Source: a virus
Taxonomy: Duplodnaviria > Caudoviricetes
Length of the DNA: 60,933 nt
Reading direction: 5' to 3' (one strand)
Virus record (IMG/VR): IMGVR_UViG_3300032226_000085
Span: 1-60,933 of that record
Positions 1 to 8,845 of the stretch are shown here, piece by piece. A model generated the notes under the pieces. That model was not told the origin of the DNA. It worked only from the letters and a program-made list of their open reading frames with translations, and did not search any database. Within the stretch, counting starts at the first letter, position 1. Each line of letters begins with the position of its first letter. The translations under genes were made by a program, and so were the position numbers.

Positions 1-123
1 TGCAAGAATGTGGCGGACTGCGGTGACTACTTATGTATTGACCACGATGGTGACTACGACTGCTCTCGTACGGATGGTCATGCAGACGGCTCATCGAACT
101 ACTCGTGTTGTGACTGCGGTGAA
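1..123. repeat. Terminal direct repeat copy 1 (circular-assembly overlap)
   Basis: 1-123 is identical to 60811-60933; an ORF reads in frame across the join. Confidence 0.95.
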
Positions 124-621
124 CGGCACCCCGAGGATGATATGTACAGCATCGGGTATCACGCTGAGAGTCAAGTCGGTCCGTGCTGTATCGACAGCTA
201 TACAAGAGTGCTTGGTCGTAACAACGACGAGTACTACATACCAGAGAACGATGCGGTGTATGTCGAGTCACAAGATACACACTACGACCCCGACTACCTT
301 GACCGGCACGACATCATCGAGCTTGACAACGGCGACTACGAGCACAGAGACAATGCCGTGTATCTGGAGCAGCGTGAGATATGGGTTGCGAGTGACGACG
401 ACTGCTGGATTCATTGCAGTAGCTCATGCACAGCCGAGCACGTAGACGACTGTGTGCAGCTAGAGAACGGCGACCATGCGCTGGAGTCCGATGCATGGGA
501 GTGTGACCACGACAAGAAGTGGTATCTGTCTGACGAGGTGACTGCGTTCAATACGGACTGCGGCTTGGTTGTACACCCTGACCATGCACACGAATACACC
601 ACAATCAAAGAGGAGAACTAA
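1..621 (+). CDS. 3' part of the join-spanning ~484-aa hypothetical protein; Cys/His/Asp-rich C-terminal region with CxxC-type motifs
   Basis: Same frame as ATG 59977 through the repeat; motifs CCDCGE, GPCC, WECD; stop at 621. Confidence 0.85.
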   Translation, partial: CKNVADCGDYLCIDHDGDYDCSRTDGHADGSSNYSCCDCGERHPEDDMYSIGYHAESQVGPCCIDSYTRVLGRNNDEYYIPENDAVYVESQDTHYDPDYLDRHDIIELDNGDYEHRDNAVYLEQREIWVASDDDCWIHCSSSCTAEHVDDCVQLENGDHALESDAWECDHDKKWYLSDEVTAFNTDCGLVVHPDHAHEYTTIKEEN

Positions 622-623
622 TC

Positions 624-1715
624 ATGAGAGCAACTAACATACTGGGCAAGATTCTTAACACCGCCCTCTCAACCAAACGCCCACACGGGTCAGCAACTAA
701 CGTCAGGTTCACACAATGGTTGCGTGAGCAACTGCCTCTCGACTTGAACAAGGCTGCGTTCTATGACGGTGCTGGCAACCTACACGTGGACAACCGAGTC
801 AACGCATCACACCGCACCTTATTCGTAGCACACGTGGACACGGTGCATCGTGCCGAGGGCAAGAACAAGATCACCAAGACCAAGACACATTGGAAAGCTA
901 AGGGTGACGTACTGGGTGCGGATGACGGTGCAGGTGTTGCGCTGTTGATGCATTTAATCTGGGGTGGGATACGCGGGTACTACATCTTCACGCAGGGTGA
1001 AGAACGCGGTGGTGTAGGTGCAAGGTATCTGGCAGACAAGATGCCTGACTTACTGGCCGAGTTCGACAGAGCTATTGCGTTTGATCGGCGTGGTGTTGAC
1101 AGCGTCATCACGCATCAGGGGTGGGGTAGGTGCTGCTCTGATACGTTCGGCTCTGCCTTGGCTGATGCGCTGATGGATGGGCATGACAACCTGATGATGT
1201 TGAACGACGACACGGGTGTGTACACAGATACCGCAGAGTTCACAGACATCATTCCCGAGTGTACCAACATCAGCGTGGGCTACGCCCGTGAGCACACACA
1301 AGAAGAATCACTCGATCTAATCTACTACAACAACCTTGCTGCTGCGGTCTTGACGGTTGACTGGGATGGTCTGCCTGTTGAGCGTGACCCATCGGTGGTG
1401 GAGCCTATGCAAGATGTGGGTACTTGGTGGCAGACCTACAAGACCACCACGGCAAGCAACGACTATGACGAGCCAGACTACAGACGTGAGGATGCTATCG
1501 ACGCGGTGCTCGATGCGCAGTATGGGCACTACGATGGGCTGGCTAACCTGATCGCGGAGTCTGTGTGGCCTGACGATGTAGCCTTGGCGCTGCGGCACAT
1601 GAGTAGTAACAAGATACCTGCCGAGTCCCTTGACTGGGCGCTTGAGTGTCTTGAGCATGGCGAGGATGTGGACTTGATACTTAACGCGCTGTATGACGAG
1701 TTGTACGTTGTGTGA
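624..1715 (+). CDS. Zn-dependent peptidase, M28/M20 family
   Basis: AHVDTVH, LGADDGAGV, GEERGGVG, AFDRRG, NISVGY..EHT metal-ligand motifs; RBS AGGAG. Confidence 0.85.
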   Translation: MRATNILGKILNTALSTKRPHGSATNVRFTQWLREQLPLDLNKAAFYDGAGNLHVDNRVNASHRTLFVAHVDTVHRAEGKNKITKTKTHWKAKGDVLGADDGAGVALLMHLIWGGIRGYYIFTQGEERGGVGARYLADKMPDLLAEFDRAIAFDRRGVDSVITHQGWGRCCSDTFGSALADALMDGHDNLMMLNDDTGVYTDTAEFTDIIPECTNISVGYAREHTQEESLDLIYYNNLAAAVLTVDWDGLPVERDPSVVEPMQDVGTWWQTYKTTTASNDYDEPDYRREDAIDAVLDAQYGHYDGLANLIAESVWPDDVALALRHMSSNKIPAESLDWALECLEHGEDVDLILNALYDELYVV

Positions 1716-1724
1716 TTGTGTAAT

Positions 1725-1741
1725 GGGGTCATGTTGACCCC
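1725..1741 (+). promoter_or_regulatory. GGTCA-N3-TGACC hairpin/palindrome with T-tract (terminator-like)
   Basis: GGGGTCA-TGT-TGACCCC then TTTTT, 10 nt after the peptidase stop. Confidence 0.75.
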
Positions 1742-1760
1742 TTTTTAAAAGGAGAAGTAA

Positions 1761-1865
1761 ATGTATTTAGAAGACAGCGAGATAAAGATGCTGCTTGCAG
1801 CAGTATGCGGTGCGCTGGCTGGCACCATGGTAGCGGTGTTGTTCTTTCTTTTTGTGGGGGTGTGA
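1761..1865 (+). CDS. 34-aa single-TM membrane protein
   Basis: RBS AAAGGAGAAGTAA-ATG; MYLEDSEIKMLLAAVCGALAGTMVAVLFFLFVGV (below ORF-track cutoff). Confidence 0.7.
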   Translation: MYLEDSEIKMLLAAVCGALAGTMVAVLFFLFVGV

Positions 1866-1866
1866 G

Positions 1867-2088
1867 ATGGACAAGTTAAAAACGCAGCAGGGCAAGTTCG
1901 AAGTAATACTCAACCCCGAGGAGCAGCGCGGGTACTTTGAGCATGAGGACTACGGCGATGAGTGGGGTGGTGGCCTGTGGTTTGAGGGCAAGAGCCTGAT
2001 TGACTACGATGGTGTGTATGAGTTGCCAGCCGAAGTCATTGCAGGTATTCGTGAACTGGGTTACATCGTAGCCCAAGAGTTTGAATAG
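1867..2088 (+). CDS. Hypothetical protein (73 aa)
   Basis: ATG directly after upstream stop; MDKLKT...GGGLWFEGKSLIDYDGVYELP. Confidence 0.7.
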   Translation: MDKLKTQQGKFEVILNPEEQRGYFEHEDYGDEWGGGLWFEGKSLIDYDGVYELPAEVIAGIRELGYIVAQEFE

Positions 2089-2098
2089 GGGGGGGTGT

Positions 2099-2560
2099 AT
2101 GACTGACGAAGAGAAACGATTTGACCGCAGGGAAGAAGCGCGGCTCGATGACATGTATGACGCACAATCTGAAACGAAAGGAGATGATATGACTGAAGAC
2201 TTTAACAAGTGGTGGAACGCTGACGGGCTTGTCGAAGACAATCCATATACACGAGATACCCCTGCGTTCTGGGCATGGGAAGGATGGCAAGCGGCATACG
2301 AGCAAACGATCTGCGCCAACTGCGCCAAAGAAATATACAAGTGCGCCAGATGCGGCGAGAAGAATCCGGCTGAGATACATACGTGTACACCTAAAACATT
2401 AATCAACGTCAACGGTGTGCTTGAGCAGGCTGGGTACGTCAAGAAAAAAGAATGGCAGGGGCTGACGGATGAGGAAATGCGGGAATTATGGGACAAGAAG
2501 GGTTGGTACGTGACCGTGTTCAAAGCGGTTGAAGCCAAACTAAAGGAGAAGAACACATGA
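2099..2560 (+). CDS. Mosaic hypothetical protein with CxxC motifs and WQGLTDEE...EAKLKEKN C-terminus
   Basis: ORF track; G-rich RBS; second internal RBS AAAGGAG before ATG 2189. Confidence 0.7.
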   Translation: MTDEEKRFDRREEARLDDMYDAQSETKGDDMTEDFNKWWNADGLVEDNPYTRDTPAFWAWEGWQAAYEQTICANCAKEIYKCARCGEKNPAEIHTCTPKTLINVNGVLEQAGYVKKKEWQGLTDEEMRELWDKKGWYVTVFKAVEAKLKEKNT

Positions 2561-2745
2561 GATACAACGCTAGAAAATTACAGTACTTCACGATGGCGCA
2601 TCGGATGCGTGGCTATGCCGAAGGGCTGGACGAAGATAGGCATGAAGCGTTGATACACATGCTGATGACTTCAGCGGCGATGTTAGAAGAAGTATGGGAT
2701 GAGTACAACTCAACCTTACCACCAGACCAACAGATAGGGAGTTAA
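2557..2745 (+). CDS. Hypothetical protein (62 aa)
   Basis: ATGA overlap, RBS AAAGGAG. Confidence 0.7.
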   Translation: MRYNARKLQYFTMAHRMRGYAEGLDEDRHEALIHMLMTSAAMLEEVWDEYNSTLPPDQQIGS

Positions 2746-2750
2746 GGATC

Positions 2751-2906
2751 ATGACTGATTTTAAAGACCCAGAAGTGCAGCGCAAAATTCTGACTGACTA
2801 CCTGCAAGTAATGATTGCTCGATGCGATTGGCACGGGGTAGCTGATGTAGCTATGGACTTGCGCGAGATGGAGGCCGAGCGCCGTACGATGAAGGAGAAC
2901 ACATGA
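2751..2906 (+). CDS. Hypothetical protein (51 aa)
   Basis: RBS AAGGA; MTDFKDPEVQRKILTDYLQVMIARCDWHGVADVAMDLREMEAERRTMKENT. Confidence 0.7.
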   Translation: MTDFKDPEVQRKILTDYLQVMIARCDWHGVADVAMDLREMEAERRTMKENT

Positions 2907-3067
2907 AAACATTTGCGGTAATTTTTCTGTCTGTACTACTCATTGCTTGCAACAAAGAGCCAGACGACTACGAGCACTGCACGTTGAAAGCATCACGCCA
3001 ATCTAAAGGCATGAAGCAATTCAATGCAATGATAGAAATCTGCCGACAGAATTTTCCAGACCGTTAA
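2903..3067 (+). CDS. Small putative lipoprotein (54 aa)
   Basis: MKTFAVIFLSVLLIA-C signal peptide with lipobox; two further Cys; ATGA overlap and RBS. Confidence 0.7.
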   Translation: MKTFAVIFLSVLLIACNKEPDDYEHCTLKASRQSKGMKQFNAMIEICRQNFPDR

Positions 3068-3084
3068 CTTAAAGGAGAACAATC

Positions 3085-3183
3085 ATGGATAACAATGACT
3101 GGGATGAAGACGCATTGCTGACGATCTTCTGTGTGGTATGCCTCATAGGGCTATTGTTTTTTGTGTTCTTAGGTATCTTGTAG
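3085..3183 (+). CDS. 32-aa single-TM membrane protein
   Basis: RBS AAAGGAG; MDNNDWDEDALLTIFCVVCLIGLLFFVFLGIL. Confidence 0.65.
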   Translation: MDNNDWDEDALLTIFCVVCLIGLLFFVFLGIL

Positions 3184-3203
3184 GCTAAGTGCTTACTAAC
3201 CTA

Positions 3204-3232
3204 TTGACACACTACCCGTAGTACTTTACCTT
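3204..3232 (+). promoter_or_regulatory. Putative sigma70-type promoter
   Basis: TTGACA-17 nt-TACCTT in an intergenic gap. Confidence 0.5.
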
Positions 3233-3263
3233 TGACTTTCCTTTAACCCCATCTGGAGGGACT

Positions 3264-3515
3264 ATGCACGACAGAACCTTAGACAAGCAGGAGAACACAC
3301 GCGTCACGCCATACGACACAGGCAAGATCAAGATCGGCGTGTACTACGAACCACCGCGCCCAGCGCAGGACGAAGATGAGATCGCACTGCAAGACGCATT
3401 ACTTGGTGGTACGTGGAGACCCGCAGCATCCGCTAAAACACGGTGGCAGATACTCGTTTTAATAGCGGGCGGCATCCTTACTTACGTACTCGGTATGTCA
3501 CTTATGTTGAGGTAA
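3264..3515 (+). CDS. Hypothetical protein with C-terminal TM helix
   Basis: RBS GGAGG; hydrophobic C-terminus. Confidence 0.7.
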   Translation: MHDRTLDKQENTRVTPYDTGKIKIGVYYEPPRPAQDEDEIALQDALLGGTWRPAASAKTRWQILVLIAGGILTYVLGMSLMLR

Positions 3516-3517
3516 TC

Positions 3518-4132
3518 ATGTCCAACTTAGCCACTGCATTACAAATCGCACTAGCCAAAAAAACTGAACAGGAGAAGCAAATGCAAACACGTACAACTAC
3601 ACCAGAAGACATCAAGCATATCGTCAACGCTTGGGCGAAGGATGACCCACGGGAAGACGCAAGACCCGCGCTGCCCCATGCATTCAAGCCCACCAACAAC
3701 GTCAGCCGTGAGACGTTCAATGCCGTAAGAGATAACCCACGACTGCAACACAAAGACATCGCCCGTATGCTGTCTAACCGCGGGTTCAACCAAGCCTCTA
3801 TAGGTTCCCTGCTTACGCAGATGCTTAACTGCGGCATGGTCGCAAGGGATGACAACGGGCGCTACACCGCACTGCAAACGGAGTACACGCCGATCAAGGC
3901 AAGCACGAAGACAAAGGCCAAGAAGAAAGTCGCTGTCCCTGCAACCAAGAAGCCTAACGCTGGCATTGCCGCGCTGGAGACGCAGGATACTGTGGCCAAG
4001 AAGGTGGTGACGATAACCAGACGCACAGAGCCAGCCCCTGCCTTTGACCCAGAGCAACTACTATCAACACTTTCTTTCTCGCAAGTCATGGCGCTGTACA
4101 AACGCATCAAGGCCATGGTGGGAGAGGCATGA
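3518..4132 (+). CDS. Putative winged-helix DNA-binding protein
   Basis: RBS GAGG before ATG 3518; SRETFNAVRDNP...IGSLLTQMLNCGMVARDDNGRY wHTH-like segment; second strong RBS before in-frame ATG 3581. Confidence 0.65.
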   Translation: MSNLATALQIALAKKTEQEKQMQTRTTTPEDIKHIVNAWAKDDPREDARPALPHAFKPTNNVSRETFNAVRDNPRLQHKDIARMLSNRGFNQASIGSLLTQMLNCGMVARDDNGRYTALQTEYTPIKASTKTKAKKKVAVPATKKPNAGIAALETQDTVAKKVVTITRRTEPAPAFDPEQLLSTLSFSQVMALYKRIKAMVGEA

Positions 4133-4293
4133 TGCGCTTCTGGGTCTACGATGACGAGGGGGCATTGTTTCGCAAGTTCCATGATCGGCATGAGGCAGAG
4201 AAGTTTATACAGCCGGAATGGAAACTTGTGACCAAGGCCAAGGAGAAAGAAGTTAAACCCACAGAAGAAACACACGGGAGGGCTATCTGGTGA
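4129..4293 (+). CDS. Hypothetical protein (54 aa)
   Basis: ATGA overlap, RBS GGAGAGG; MMRFWVYDDEGALFRKF... Confidence 0.65.
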   Translation: MMRFWVYDDEGALFRKFHDRHEAEKFIQPEWKLVTKAKEKEVKPTEETHGRAIW

Positions 4294-4502
4294 ACATACG
4301 AAAGAAACCCACGCTGAGAGAACTGGCCGACTATATTGAGGACAACGCCCGAAGCGAGATGGATACTGAAGCAGCCGCTGCACTGCGCAAGTATTCAGTG
4401 CTATCCAAAGTGGCACATGAAATGGTCACGGCTAACACACACGACAGCAGCAGGTCTGCTTACTTAGAAATGGTTGACTTGATAAAGGGGAAGACAGAAT
4501 GA
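4290..4502 (+). CDS. Hypothetical protein (70 aa)
   Basis: GTGA overlap, RBS GGAGG. Confidence 0.65.
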   Translation: MNIRKKPTLRELADYIEDNARSEMDTEAAAALRKYSVLSKVAHEMVTANTHDSSRSAYLEMVDLIKGKTE

Positions 4503-4681
4503 AGTGGTATGTCGCAGTAGCCGTGGGCTTTTATGTATGCGTTGCGTTGTTCTCTGTGTACTGGGGACATCGGGCGCTGACGCAGCCCACGAAACTACCT
4601 TGCGGTGTGTCAGAGATCAGTCCGGACTTTAACCATGAGCAGCGTGAGCTATGCAGAAAATTGAAAGGACATAAGTTATGA
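4499..4681 (+). CDS. Small membrane protein (60 aa)
   Basis: N-terminal hydrophobic helix, C-x-(V)SEISPDF...C motif; ATGA overlaps. Confidence 0.65.
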   Translation: MKWYVAVAVGFYVCVALFSVYWGHRALTQPTKLPCGVSEISPDFNHEQRELCRKLKGHKL

Positions 4682-4998
4682 AGTGCCCCGCGTGTGACAG
4701 CACAAAAATCCACACGTACGACACAAGGCGTGTCGATAACATGGTGGTAAGAAAGCGTAAGTGCGCTAACTGCGAGGATCGGTTCTACACGCTTGAGCAG
4801 TACATGTCGGAAGATGAACTAGAAGAAGTTCAACAACTAAGGAAAAACAATGGCGGAAAAGTTTTGTACGGGGTGCCAGATGACACGGGACATAGTCGGG
4901 GGGATAACACGGAAGACAGGCCGGATAAACCGTTGGATATGCCTGCGTTGCTTGGAGAAGCGGAGCTTGAGTCCATATTCAAAGACAGAGATCAATGA
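4678..4998 (+). CDS. NrdR N-terminal-like zinc-ribbon protein
   Basis: MKCPAC...DTR...RKRKCANCEDRFYTLE; no ATP-cone evident. Confidence 0.7.
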   Translation: MKCPACDSTKIHTYDTRRVDNMVVRKRKCANCEDRFYTLEQYMSEDELEEVQQLRKNNGGKVLYGVPDDTGHSRGDNTEDRPDKPLDMPALLGEAELESIFKDRDQ

Positions 4999-5098
4999 CG
5001 CCCGAATAAAAAAGTGTAGTATGATAACTCCTGAATCAAATAATGGAGTGCAATATGACACCCGAACAAAGAGCGATTTGGCTGGCAGGACGTACTAA
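4850..5098 (+). CDS. Small zinc-finger protein
   Basis: RBS AAGGA; FCTGC...WICLRC; overlaps neighbours. Confidence 0.55.
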   Translation: MAEKFCTGCQMTRDIVGGITRKTGRINRWICLRCLEKRSLSPYSKTEINDARIKKCSMITPESNNGVQYDTRTKSDLAGRTY

Positions 5099-5543
5099 AC
5101 ACGGCGCGTATTCGGGCGGTATGGAAAAACCAGAGCACTACGTATGGCGAACCATGCTGACCCGATGCAATAACCCCACATCACAGCACTATAAGTATTA
5201 CGGCGCAAGGGGTATTACGGTGTGCAAGCGTTGGTTAAAGTACGAAAATTTTATTATAGATATGGGGGATAGGCCGACACCAAAACACAGTCTTGAACGT
5301 CTAAACAATAACCAAGGATACAAACCTAGTAATTGCGTGTGGGCATTGGCTAGTGAGCAACAACGCAACAAATCCAGCACATACATATACAAAGGCCCCA
5401 ACTTTTCCGGAACGCTTGTTGAATGCGCAAATTATTTGGGGCTGTCTAAAGAACTTGCATGGTGGAGATGGCGAACATGGGGCGCACTTATTAAAGGAGA
5501 AAAATGGCTGCGACAAAAGAAAACGCCGTTAAAAAACAAGTAA
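5055..5543 (+). CDS. HNH homing endonuclease
   Basis: WRTMLTRC.NP...YYGARGITVCKRW...DMGDRP...SLERLNNNQGYKPSNCVWA..EQQRNK; lower GC. Confidence 0.85.
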   Translation: MTPEQRAIWLAGRTKHGAYSGGMEKPEHYVWRTMLTRCNNPTSQHYKYYGARGITVCKRWLKYENFIIDMGDRPTPKHSLERLNNNQGYKPSNCVWALASEQQRNKSSTYIYKGPNFSGTLVECANYLGLSKELAWWRWRTWGALIKGEKWLRQKKTPLKNK

Positions 5544-5818
5544 AGAAGCTGCTTGATGGGCTTCGTATCTACTACTTCTTCCCTGCTACGCATGGGTACG
5601 GGCGCTCTGGAGTGCCTGACATAATCGGGTGCTTCATGGGACTGTTCGTGGCCATCGAGTGCAAGGCAGGGAAGGGGCAGCTTACGGCTTTACAAGAACG
5701 CGAGATTGAAAGAATCATAGAAGCAGGGGGGTTTACTTTCGTTGCCCGTGAAGACAACACTGACGAACTAAGGAGGTTATTGACATGTCTGATACAAGAG
5801 CTTTTGCCAAGCAAATAG
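5504..5818 (+). CDS. VRR-NUC domain nuclease / Holliday-junction resolvase
   Basis: GYGRSGVPDII...FVAIECKAGKGQLTALQ PD-(D/E)XK motif. Confidence 0.85.
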   Translation: MAATKENAVKKQVKKLLDGLRIYYFFPATHGYGRSGVPDIIGCFMGLFVAIECKAGKGQLTALQEREIERIIEAGGFTFVAREDNTDELRRLLTCLIQELLPSK

Positions 5819-6057
5819 ATTCAATGAGCGAAAAGGAGAAGGAACATTTTCGTGGAGTAATTGAGTCACTTTCAAGATGCTACGGTAAGGATGCAGCGCA
5901 GGGGGTAGTCATCATCTCTATTCCAAAGAGTCCAGTGCATGAAGTTATATCGTTGAATGCAACGGACATGGAAGCGCATAACTTAATCAAGTCCATCGAA
6001 GATTACTTTATGTTTTTAAATACGATGGATGCACCATCAAAAGAGAAATTTAATTAA
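5785..6057 (+). CDS. Hypothetical protein (90 aa)
   Basis: RBS AGGAGG; ORF track. Confidence 0.7.
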   Translation: MSDTRAFAKQIDSMSEKEKEHFRGVIESLSRCYGKDAAQGVVIISIPKSPVHEVISLNATDMEAHNLIKSIEDYFMFLNTMDAPSKEKFN

Positions 6058-6072
6058 ACAAAGGAGAAGCAA

Positions 6073-6864
6073 ATGACTTACGGGCCACCTGTAAGTAAAC
6101 AATGTGAGTACTGCAAAAAAGAATACAAATGCCCAAACAGTAGGGCAAACAAGTCTCGTTTTTGCACAATCACCTGCCGTAACAAGAGTGGGTTGCTTGA
6201 CAGGGTTGAGTACAAATGCGTCAACTGCAATGACGAGTTTATGGCACGACCTGACCACGGCGCTGCCCGCAAGTTTTGCAGTAGGAAATGCTTTTTAGAG
6301 AACTGCGTTCAACCTATTGATAAAGAGTGCGAAAACTGCGGCAGTATGTTTACTGCAACGCGATCATCAACCGCTACCCGTGGCGATGGGTGGAGGCTAT
6401 ATTGCTCTAAAAAATGTTATGTAGAAGGCGCACGTAAATTTGAAGAAAAGCCATGTGTTTATTGTGGCACTATGTTTTATCCTCGGAGTATAAAACACGA
6501 CGCTACGCAAAGAACGTGTTCCATGAAATGCTCTTCAAAGTTTTTCTCCGGGGCAAATGCTCACAACTTCAAAGGCGGCGTACATTTGCAACAGGCAACC
6601 AACCATAATTTTGTCTTGATTGGAAAGCGAGAAGGGTACGTGAGTAAGTACACGGCTCAACATCGACTGGTCTGCGCCAAGCAGATTGGAAGAATGCTAA
6701 ATAGGGGGGAGGTTGTAATACACATAAATAATGACGGTTTGGACAACAGCCCCTCAAACTTATTTTTGTGTGAGTCAATGAGTGAGTTTTCAAGAAGAAG
6801 GCAGGGTTCTTTGCCGTGGCCTAAACAAAGTAATCTAAAAGAGTATAAGGAGAAAAACAATTGA
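6073..6864 (+). CDS. Zinc-finger-repeat HNH endonuclease
   Basis: Four CxxC...F/YCSxxC-type repeats, then HRLV...GEVVIHINNDGLDNSPSNL; lower GC. Confidence 0.8.
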   Translation: MTYGPPVSKQCEYCKKEYKCPNSRANKSRFCTITCRNKSGLLDRVEYKCVNCNDEFMARPDHGAARKFCSRKCFLENCVQPIDKECENCGSMFTATRSSTATRGDGWRLYCSKKCYVEGARKFEEKPCVYCGTMFYPRSIKHDATQRTCSMKCSSKFFSGANAHNFKGGVHLQQATNHNFVLIGKREGYVSKYTAQHRLVCAKQIGRMLNRGEVVIHINNDGLDNSPSNLFLCESMSEFSRRRQGSLPWPKQSNLKEYKEKNN

Positions 6865-8834
6865 GTAAACCATACGAACGAATCATCGTTCTGGACTACG
6901 AGACGGCGTGGGGTAGGGGAGTCAAGCTGGGGTTCTCGTGTCAGACGAATGAGGAGTACTTGCGTGATCCACGCTTTAAAGCATGGGGCTTGTGTTGGAA
7001 GGACTACGGTGACCCCCTACCTGCCACATGGATAAGAGGCCGTGACATCGCAGCATGGGCAAAAGATATTGACTGGAGCAAGACCGCAGTCATCGCTCAG
7101 AACGCGCTGTTCGATGTGTCCATACTGGCGTGGGTATACGGCTGTCATCCTGCCTTTGTCTTCGACACGCTGTCCATGGGCAGGGCTGTGCGTGGTGTCG
7201 AGGCTGGCAACAGCTTGAAGAAGATGGCAGAGGACTTCGGTCTTGAGGCCAAGGGGCAGGGGCTGGCTTCGTCAGAGAACTACCTTGACGAGCTACCGTT
7301 CCACGTTGAGCAGGAGTTGGCGGACTACTGCCGCCATGATGTGTACTTGTGTGAAGAAATCTTTAAGCGTCTGGTCGATGGCTACCCTGCGTCCGAGCTA
7401 CGTTTAATCGACATGACACTGAAGATGTATACCCAACCACGCTTGGTGCTCGATGAGCAGATGCTGTTCCAAGCCATTGAAGAAGAAAGGACAACACGTG
7501 AAGAACTTTTGGCAAGACTTAATGTGGACGATGCAACGCTGGCAAGCAACCCTAAATTCGCAGATGTTTTGGCTTCGCTGGGATGCGCAGTTCCATATAA
7601 GAAGAGCAAGACGACAGGTAAGCAGACACTGGCACTTGCTAAGAATGACGCTATGTTCCAAGCACTACTGCACAGCGACAAAGAAGATGTCCGACTCTTA
7701 TGCGAAGCACGACTGCGAGTTAAATCTACAACTGAGCGCACACGAGCGCAAAGATTCTTAGACATCTCAAGCCGTGGTCCACTACCTGTACCGCTTGCCT
7801 ACTACGGTGCGACTACTGGGCGGTGGACAGCAGCCAAGGGGAGCGCGATCAACATGCAGAACTTAAAGCGTGGCAGCTTCCTGCGCAAGGCGATCATGGC
7901 TCCTGATGGGTATGCGTTGGTGGTGGGTGACTTGTCTCAGATCGAGCCAAGGGTGTTGGCGTGGCTTACTGACTACGAGGATATGCTGAACATCTTCCGT
8001 GCCGGGGTAGACCCTTATGCTGCCTTCGGTGCACAGATGTTTCGTATCCCTGACCTAACCAAGGACAGCCACCCAGAGCTACGGCAGAGCGCCAAGTCAG
8101 CGTTGCTTGGCTGTGGGTATGGGCTTGGGTGGGCATCGTTCGCATCGCAGTTGCTGACCGGCTTTCTGGGGGCACCACCTGTGCGGTACGAGGCGACATT
8201 TGCCAGACAGTTGGGGGCTAACCAGAAACTTGCGGAGGAGTTTTTAAGTTGGCGGGATACCGAGGCGAAGCTGCGGGACATACCCCACACCTGTAGCTTA
8301 AAGGAGTTGGTGTTCCATGCCATCGCAGCCAAGCGCATCATCGACATCTACCGCAAGACCGCCTACCCAGTTGTTTCCTTTTGGGAAATGTGTACAGGCT
8401 TGATCGAGCGCAGTCTTTACGGTGGCGAGGAGTTCGTGTATAAATGTCTAATCTTCCGCAAGGGCGAGATCGAATTGCCCAACGGAATGAAACTGCTTTA
8501 TCCAAACTTACGCATTGAACCAGACGATACAGGTAGGAGCCAGTGGGTATACGGGCCAGACGCTACCAAGTTGTACGCAGGTAAAGTAACAAACAATGTT
8601 ACTCAGGCATTGGCACGTATTGTGATGACTGATGGGATGCTGCGGGTAGCTAAAAGATACCCTGTGGTTGGCACCGTTCACGATGAACAGATCACCATGG
8701 TGCCGGAAAACGAAGCCGCTGAAGCCCTAGAATGGGTTTTGGCGCAGATGACTATGGAGCCTTCATACATGCGAGGGATTCCGTTATCAGCAGATGGTGG
8801 TACACACAAGCGGTATGGCATGACTAAGAACTAA
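6861..8834 (+). CDS. DNA polymerase family A with 3'-5' exonuclease domain
   Basis: LDYET (ExoI), YCRHDV (ExoIII), TGRW, GDLSQIEPRV (motif A), RQSAKSALLGCGYG (motif B), TVHDE (motif C); TTG start. Confidence 0.93.
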   Translation: MSKPYERIIVLDYETAWGRGVKLGFSCQTNEEYLRDPRFKAWGLCWKDYGDPLPATWIRGRDIAAWAKDIDWSKTAVIAQNALFDVSILAWVYGCHPAFVFDTLSMGRAVRGVEAGNSLKKMAEDFGLEAKGQGLASSENYLDELPFHVEQELADYCRHDVYLCEEIFKRLVDGYPASELRLIDMTLKMYTQPRLVLDEQMLFQAIEEERTTREELLARLNVDDATLASNPKFADVLASLGCAVPYKKSKTTGKQTLALAKNDAMFQALLHSDKEDVRLLCEARLRVKSTTERTRAQRFLDISSRGPLPVPLAYYGATTGRWTAAKGSAINMQNLKRGSFLRKAIMAPDGYALVVGDLSQIEPRVLAWLTDYEDMLNIFRAGVDPYAAFGAQMFRIPDLTKDSHPELRQSAKSALLGCGYGLGWASFASQLLTGFLGAPPVRYEATFARQLGANQKLAEEFLSWRDTEAKLRDIPHTCSLKELVFHAIAAKRIIDIYRKTAYPVVSFWEMCTGLIERSLYGGEEFVYKCLIFRKGEIELPNGMKLLYPNLRIEPDDTGRSQWVYGPDATKLYAGKVTNNVTQALARIVMTDGMLRVAKRYPVVGTVHDEQITMVPENEAAEALEWVLAQMTMEPSYMRGIPLSADGGTHKRYGMTKN

Positions 8835-8845
8835 AGGAGAAGCAA

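Noticed and set aside
2088-2095. G8 tract as a phase-variation switch
   Set aside because: A short tract serving as stop/RBS; no evidence of length variation from a single sequence.
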